NCBI GenBank assembly: GCA_964016885.1
Contig: OZ024742.1
Coordinates: 115,010,001-115,074,000, forward strand
Length of the DNA stretch: 64,000 nucleotides
Reading direction: 5' to 3'
From: Eledone cirrhosa
Lineage: Eukaryota
The notes under the pieces are model-generated. The model had not been told where the DNA came from. It saw only the letters and a list, made by a program, of their open reading frames with translations, and did not search any database. Positions within the stretch are counted from its first letter, which is position 1. Every line of letters begins with the position of its first letter. The position numbers and the translations under genes were made by a program. Of the stretch, positions 56,798 through 64,000 are shown piece by piece.

Positions 56798-57808
56798 TTT
56801 CAAAAACCATTAACTTGCAGACCCCTGCAAGTGGATTTTGTCGTTTTGGGATGTACAAAATCTAGCGCAGATATTATAGATTATATGTGATTTATATCAT
56901 ATGGTACATATTATGTGTTGTGCATGATGTCGACGTGATGGTCAATGTTAGTCAAAAATGTTTTCCTTAGTTCAGTCTGTTTCGTCACTATGGTCAGTGC
57001 GGCCCGTCTAGCGGTCGCTGTGTTCAATTTACAAAGCTGTGTAAACGTAATGTTATAACTCTAGGGTTATATCCCCTATTGACTGCTTAGCTGCACACCG
57101 AGACTGCATTCGTTAGCTTGGCTGCAATCAGAGCTTCGTTGATGCTGTACTAAATGTTGTATTATTATCTCCTAGAATTAACGATTAATTGATTAATTTA
57201 ACCAGACAATTTTATTGTTTGTTTCATATCTTGTTTATGTTTGTTTCATATATTCTAGTTGAGTGCTTAATTCGTTTTGTGTAAAGGAATTTTATTCCTT
57301 TGTTCCAAATTTGAATTGACCGCCAAAATCGGGTGTTACCTCCCTTTGGGAAATCCATGTGCTTGCTAGCAGCGCTTACTCTAGCATTCACACCCGAGCG
57401 GACGAGAACGAAACACTTGTTGACGAAGTAAACTCCATTGCTCTATCTTCAAAAACCATTAACTTGCGGACCCCTGCAAGCGGATTTTGTCGATTCCGGG
57501 TTTACACAAACCTAGCGGAGATATTATAAATTATATGTGATGTATATCATATGGTATATATCATGTGTTGTGTATGATGTCGGCAGCATGGTCCAGATAA
57601 GTCAAACATTATTTCCTCAGTTCAGTCTTTTTCATTCGCTATGGTCATTGCGGCCCGTCTATCGGTCGCTGTCTTCAATTTGCAAAGATGGCTAAACGTA
57701 ATGGTATAACTATAGGGTTATATACCCTATTGAGTGGTTAGCTGTACACCGAGACTGCATTCGTTAGCGTGGCTGCAACCAGAGCTTCGGTGATGCTGTT
57801 CTAAATAT

Positions 57809-57811
<3 letters not shown>
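56798..57811. repeat. Partial tandem duplication, ~650 bp period
   Basis: ttcaaaaaccattaacttgc at 56798 and 57448, with ~360 bp shared. Confidence 0.85.
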
Positions 57812-57875
<64 letters not shown>

Positions 57876-58579
57876 CTTGGCAGCTGCGCGAATATAACCA
57901 ACAATTTAACCTGAAATGGGATATAATAGTGTTGGCCCAGCATTAACCAAGGACAGGAATTTAGTAAATTGTGTAATATGGAATTATTTTGTATTATGAA
58001 ATCCAAAAATATTTTATTAAATAACAGAATAGAGTGATCGTTATACTGTAACCATCGCTTAAAATCTACATTTTCATATTACAAACACTACCAGGATTGA
58101 ACGCCTGTCTCCATCTCCGTTTGATTGTCAAAATACATATTAACATTCTCTATTAGTCTTAATTCTATCAACTCTTCTATTCTTTACCAATTAATATAAA
58201 CTGCTATAGATGAAATGAGATTTCTTAATTCAATTCCCTAATGCATATACCAGCAGGCTACCAGCATTGTTGTTATACAGTAGCAGTGAAAATACTCCCT
58301 CTTCCTTAATTGACACTTGATATCTATTACTACTACTATACCAAACGACCAGCCCTGTCCATTGTTCAATTGGTCAAGTATAGATTAAAATAGGCACTCC
58401 CAAAAATTCTTATTTCGATAAAATAAGCCATATACTCATTGTATTCTCATTAGAAACCTTCTATATACTCTTTTACCAGTAAATTGAATTGCCATCTGTC
58501 ATATACTATCCCCTCTCTTCTTTCTTTCTTACAACTAATAAAATACTTCAATTTTTCTGATGTTTTCCAATTTATCCAA

Positions 58580-58697
58580 TATCTCTGAAGAAGTGACAAC
58601 TGATTATACATTTGCTATCGAATACTTGGTAACATTATATGATTACGCAGGCAGCGATACATAGGTATTCCGTCTGTTACAGAAACATATGTCAATA
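58580..58697 (+). ncRNA. Type I HHR with ~90 nt stem II and palindromic stem III ACATATGT
   Basis: tatct CTGAAGA agtgaca...tgttaca GAAA catatg TC aata. Stem I is weak. Confidence 0.68.
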
Positions 58698-58851
58698 CCT
58701 AATAAACTCCTTTATAAAAGCACTTTCATTTTATATTCACATTTTCTACATTTTCTCCGGAATATAATTTATACTCGTTTAGCAAACCTACACGTACGCT
58801 GTTCATCTCTAACGTGACGATATATTATCACTACATTATTAATAACTTGAA

Positions 58852-59173
<322 letters not shown>

Positions 59174-60488
59174 GTATGCGTGTGTGTATATGTGCGTGTG
59201 TGTCGGGTGTTTGTGTCCGTGTCTGCATGCATTTCATAATTGTCATTTGTTTTTGTCTGAGTCCAAATAGATTAACACATATCCTTTATACACTATGACA
59301 CATTTTCAATCATAACATCGTTTCTGGCATGAGAAAATCATCACCCTCTCTGGGATAAAGGAATCGATTATATTGACACTAGTATGTGGATAGTACTTGT
59401 TTTGAGTTATAATAAACCAATATATCTCTAGATGTAATATATTGTCTTTTTTTTGTAGCTTTTATCCTACACTGCCTCGAAAATATAATATTCCAGATTG
59501 TAAATATAGCTTAAAACTTGTAGAGTCAGTCAATCGATCTATCAACGTTTCTCTGGTTTTTTTTACATTCAACTTACTTCAAAATGAAGTAAATCTAGAC
59601 TACAATGCATAATTTGTTTATGTACATTCAGTAAGTTTTGATTACTACTGCTTCTTCAGCCATGGCATTGTGTTAAGGAAATTCAATATCACTTCAACTA
59701 GGAAAATAAAAGTTACAAAAAAGAAATAGCTAAGATTGATCAAATTGTAAGATGAGTAAAAAAAAATTGTATTTTTAATAACACAAAGGAAAGTAGATCA
59801 GACTTTATTTTTTCCTCGATGTTTCTTTTTCTGTATTTTTTCAGTAAGCCCACTTACACAATCCAAATCAAATGGGAAATAAATTAAAGCAAATAATCTA
59901 TGAATGAAATAGATATGCATACACTTGTGTTTTTTTCTCATTATCTTTTTATCGTCTATTCAACTATATTTGTTTCATATGTTTGGACATTAAGGTGGCT
60001 TCACGTTTAATGTCTGAGAATTTCGATAAGGCATTTTTCGAATAGTATTTACCGGTATATAATTAGAGTTCATGAAGAATTAAACTGTAGGACGGTGATG
60101 AGTATTGGCTAATAAAGGTACACATATAGTATATATATATAGATGATGATAGTACTATGATAGTACTATATGGTCTACACTAAACTAAAGTGCAATTTCT
60201 TCGGTATGTTTCAAGGATGACACGTTCTCACACATCATACATATCAACATTATCACCAAATCATCAAATCTGTTATTCAACCTATCATAGCTAATTTAAA
60301 TTGCATTCGGTTCAAAAGTTCCCGTATTTCAATCGTACAGTGATCAATCAAATGAGATGAAATTAAAACATGCAAAATTCAAATTCTCGTCGCTCACCTT
60401 CTCTAACACATAACAATTCAGAGATAAATAATGCCTCACTCAAAATACGCTAAACAATTCAAAGTTTTATATATATATATATATATAT

Positions 60489-60717
60489 TGAAATAACAGA
60501 TTAAAGTTTAAGCAAAGAATCGCTGCTTTCAACCTTAACGGGATATTCTGAAACTCAGTTTCAGAAGATCCCGTTAAGGGTGAAAACAGCGATTCTTTGC
60601 TTAAAATTTAATCTGTTATTTTAATAAATATTTGCTCTACGATTCTTATATATTTGATATATATTTATCTTTATCGAACCTTCTTTTGATTTTAGTCTTT
60701 AAATTTATTATTATTAC

Positions 60718-60718
<1 letters not shown>
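60489..60718. mobile_element. Mini-element of two head-to-head CAGAAGA-family HHR motifs
   Basis: Fold-back centre tctgaaact-c-agtttcaga at 60556. Confidence 0.82.
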
Positions 60719-60756
<38 letters not shown>

Positions 60757-60759
<3 letters not shown>

Positions 60760-61712
60760 CATTATGAAGAGAGAAGAAACATTTAGATATAATTAGTAAT
60801 AAAATGTATCATACCTAAACTGCTCCTAGATTCCTCGACTACATAGTTTCGTGGCATAAACAAAAACAATACATCATAAAGATATAGAGTCCCTGCGCGG
60901 TCTGTCGACTTATCAAGAGGATACCTCATTTTACTAGTCTCAAGAACGAGTCTACACGACGTGAGAAAGAATCCCAAAAGGCGGATGGGGATATAGTCAC
61001 GCGATATAACGGTCGAGAAACAGAGCTAAGCCTCCTATAACCCCGAAGAAAATATCACAGAGGCGGAGGGGGTATTCATATCGAAGCCGTAGAAGAGGTG
61101 ATGAAGGAGAAGAGAAGTATGAGTAATGGCAGCTTTCCAGCAGCCACCACACTTCAAAGATTACTCAACCAGAGGGAGTTATTAACAATATATTTAGAAA
61201 CACACAGATACATGCGGACACACACATATACATGAATGCATCCACACCCAACCGTGAGTTAAGGGTGCCAACCTCACCGATGTTGCTCAATGAATGACTG
61301 GTTGAACTAGACTGAACCAGTATCAGAGTTAAAAATACATTATGAAGAGAGAAGAAACATTTAGATATAATTAGTAATAAAATGTATCATACCTAAACTG
61401 CTCCTAGATTCCTCGACTACGTAGTTTCGTGGCATAAACAAAAACAATACATCATAAAGATATAGAGTCCCTGCGAGGTCTGCCGACTTATCAAGAGGAT
61501 ACCTCATTTTACTAGTCTCAAGAACGCGTCTACACGACGTGAGAAAGAATCCCAAAAGGCGGAGGGGGAGATAGTCACGCAATATAACGGTCGAGAAACA
61601 GAGCTAAGCCTCCTATAACCCCGAAGAAAATACCACAGAGGCGGAGGGGGTATTCATATCGAAGCCGTAGAAGAGGTGGTGAAGGGGGCGAGAAGTATGA
61701 GTAATGGCAGCA
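60757..61712 (-). mobile_element. ORF-less 578 bp unit in partial tandem, each copy with an HHR
   Basis: 60757-61132 is repeated at 61335-61710. Confidence 0.85.
61410..61499 (-). ncRNA. Type I HHR with U3-A8 variant core; copy at 60832-60921
   Basis: Minus strand: tcctc TTGATAA gtcggca...tgccac GAAA ctacgtag TC gagga. Confidence 0.78.
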
Positions 61713-62331
61713 GCAGTAGTGGTAATAGTAGTAGCAGTAGTATCACCAACATTCCTCCCCCCCCACCACCACCATCACCATAACTAACAACAACAAAGGG
61801 AACAATAACCAAATGTTACAACAGTAAAAAGACCAATATATATATAAATTAACATCATCAGCGCACACAATATTTATATTAGTACGTCCATTTCATTTGT
61901 ACTACAATATATAGAATGTGGTATTTTCTTGTAGTACATTCGAAGTTTTACATTTCTTCTAATAAAACTGGTTCTAGATATTTAATAGTTGTGTTCACGT
62001 TACAAGGAAATTCATGAACTACGCTCGCTTACATGTCTAAATATGACATAGATGTAACTTTTTCCAAGTAAAAAAGTGAGGGTATTTTCGTCTACTGAAT
62101 TTTGTTAAAAGATTAAAGACATTTTTTAAATATTCACTTATTTAACATTTTCAAATGTCAACACTTCCGGTTATACGACAATCCTAACGTCTTCACGAAC
62201 CAAAGTATCATCTTCCTGTTTTCTTTCATTTGAAACGTTTTACAAAATATTTAGAGATTGTTTTTTTTTAGTTTCAGAAGAACCCGTTAAGGGTGAAAGC
62301 AGCGATTCTTTGCTTAAACTTTAATCTGTTC

Positions 62332-62397
<66 letters not shown>

Positions 62398-62400
<3 letters not shown>

Positions 62401-63669
62401 GTGTACAGATATGTTTGCATACACAAAAGCAAAATATAAACAAACGTATTTATTTAACGAAAACACAGACGGCTTATCGTCATTGTTACTGCCGATTTTT
62501 CACCCAAAAAGTATTAGCCTGGCCGGAAGATCAGATTTTGTAGAAGAAAGACTTAGAGAGACTAAGATTCGCGATTAGGGTCAAACCCTAAAAGTGGCTG
62601 GCCTTCATCTGGGAAAACCATGTTCAATTGTATGAAGGATGCTCTAGGGTGAGCTCCCCAATCAACCTCTTCATCTTTGCTCCCGAGGGCCGAACAAAAT
62701 ATGTTGTATACTCTGAACAATGAAATTTATGAAATTTCTGTTACTTTGAATTTCCATTAAGGTTGTACAAATTATTGTAATGTTTGTTAACAAATGTGTT
62801 CTCTGTTCAACCTTTATTGTTGTAACTATCAATTTTCTTTAACAACTGGCCGAGAAAAGAAACCTACAATGAAAGAACATCTTAAAGTTTACCCAAGCTA
62901 AATGTTGTATTTATTAAGATTTCTATCTGCAGGTTTTAGCAAGCTTACTGGCGCTTTAGTATGGTATTCAATTCTCATCTCGTTTTTGATTGACATGGTG
63001 CATATATCGCAGCTATTCATATGTTTTAAACATTAGATAACGGTTCCTGATGTATATTGTACGACAGAATTAGCTGGAAAATATTTTGAATGAATAAATA
63101 AAAGAGAGATGTTTGTTGGTTGGCTCCTTCGCGTATCACACAAAGAAACGAAAAGTGAAAATCGGATTGGGATGAGATTACATCCAAGAAAGTTTATTGA
63201 TACTAATTTTATAACACCAAATAAGAAGAAAGTGATACCACGCATGTTAATCAACCTGAATGCTATCTCTAGCAGGTTCGGAATCAAACATAAGGGATTC
63301 CCTCTGCGAGTTCGTTGTCAGTGATGATCGTGTTTCGCGGCATATGTATCCGATTCCAACGGCGGTTTACACACACACACAGACACGCACACGCACACAC
63401 ACGCGCGCACGCACACACGCACATGCAGACACACGAACACTCACACAATCACACACACACATATATATACACACACACACAAGAACACTCACTCACACAC
63501 ACAAACACACACATATATATATATACACCCACACACAAACACACACACATACACACACACAATACACATAGACTGTAAACAAGACAATGCATTCAATACA
63601 GACGTATTCTCTACTGCCGGTCTTCTCTTATCATTTCTTAACATTGGCGAAGCTCGGTACCTCAGCTAG
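62398..63669 (+). mobile_element. Non-autonomous Helitron with a helicase C-terminal remnant
   Basis: 62579-62723 translates GQTLKVAGLHL../HVQLYEGCSRVSSP..FIFAPEGRTKYVVY. 3' end ggcgaagctcggtacctcagCTAGt. The 5' boundary is approximate. Confidence 0.72.
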
Positions 63670-63722
63670 TTTTAAATAATTCTCCACATATCACATACCC
63701 TCAGAATCATTACTACCTAATT

Positions 63723-63808
<86 letters not shown>

Positions 63809-64000
63809 TTAGTAACATGTGCTTACACAATATTTGACTAAATAGAATTCGAATGTTAGTTGGTATATTTTAAAATCCTCTGAATGAAAAATAAAGATGA
63901 GTATTGACGTATATTGGACATGAGCTCACATCTTTGGTTTGCCGGACAAATGTTTTACCATTACAACAACACGCCACTTTTTGCTTCCTGCTATTGAATT

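Overview
AT-rich eukaryotic (animal) genomic DNA made almost entirely of transposable elements separated by long (TA)n microsatellites. No host protein-coding gene is supportable. The SINEs and the (TA)n density suggest a mollusc, possibly an octopus; this is inference only. The dominant class is Penelope-like retroelements (PLEs; RT plus C-terminal GIY-YIG endonuclease with a CxCx5C linker), with at least 7 coding remnants and many short non-coding pseudo-LTR derivatives. They sit in (TA)n, usually as head-to-head inverted pairs. Also present: a decayed autonomous Helitron with a tandem partial copy, a non-autonomous Helitron, an RTE-like LINE split by a non-autonomous LTR element, a probable lone LTR, a pogo/Tigger-like MITE and two tRNA-derived SINEs. 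Reading both strands by eye gave more than 20 type I hammerhead ribozyme (HHR) motifs from about a dozen sequence families. Many deviate from the CUGANGA/GAAA consensus in family-fixed ways: a compensatory U3-A8 core in two unrelated families, U4A and U4C cores, non-Watson-Crick 10.1:11.1 pairs, and 60-90 nt stem II insertions. Most have family-specific palindromic stem III, and several lie in short ORF-less tandem units resembling retrozymes. A second pattern: most two-armed insertions have one end stopping just before a conserved T(A/G)CTC...GAG hairpin and the other end carrying that hairpin plus a tail. All structures were folded by eye; activity is untested.
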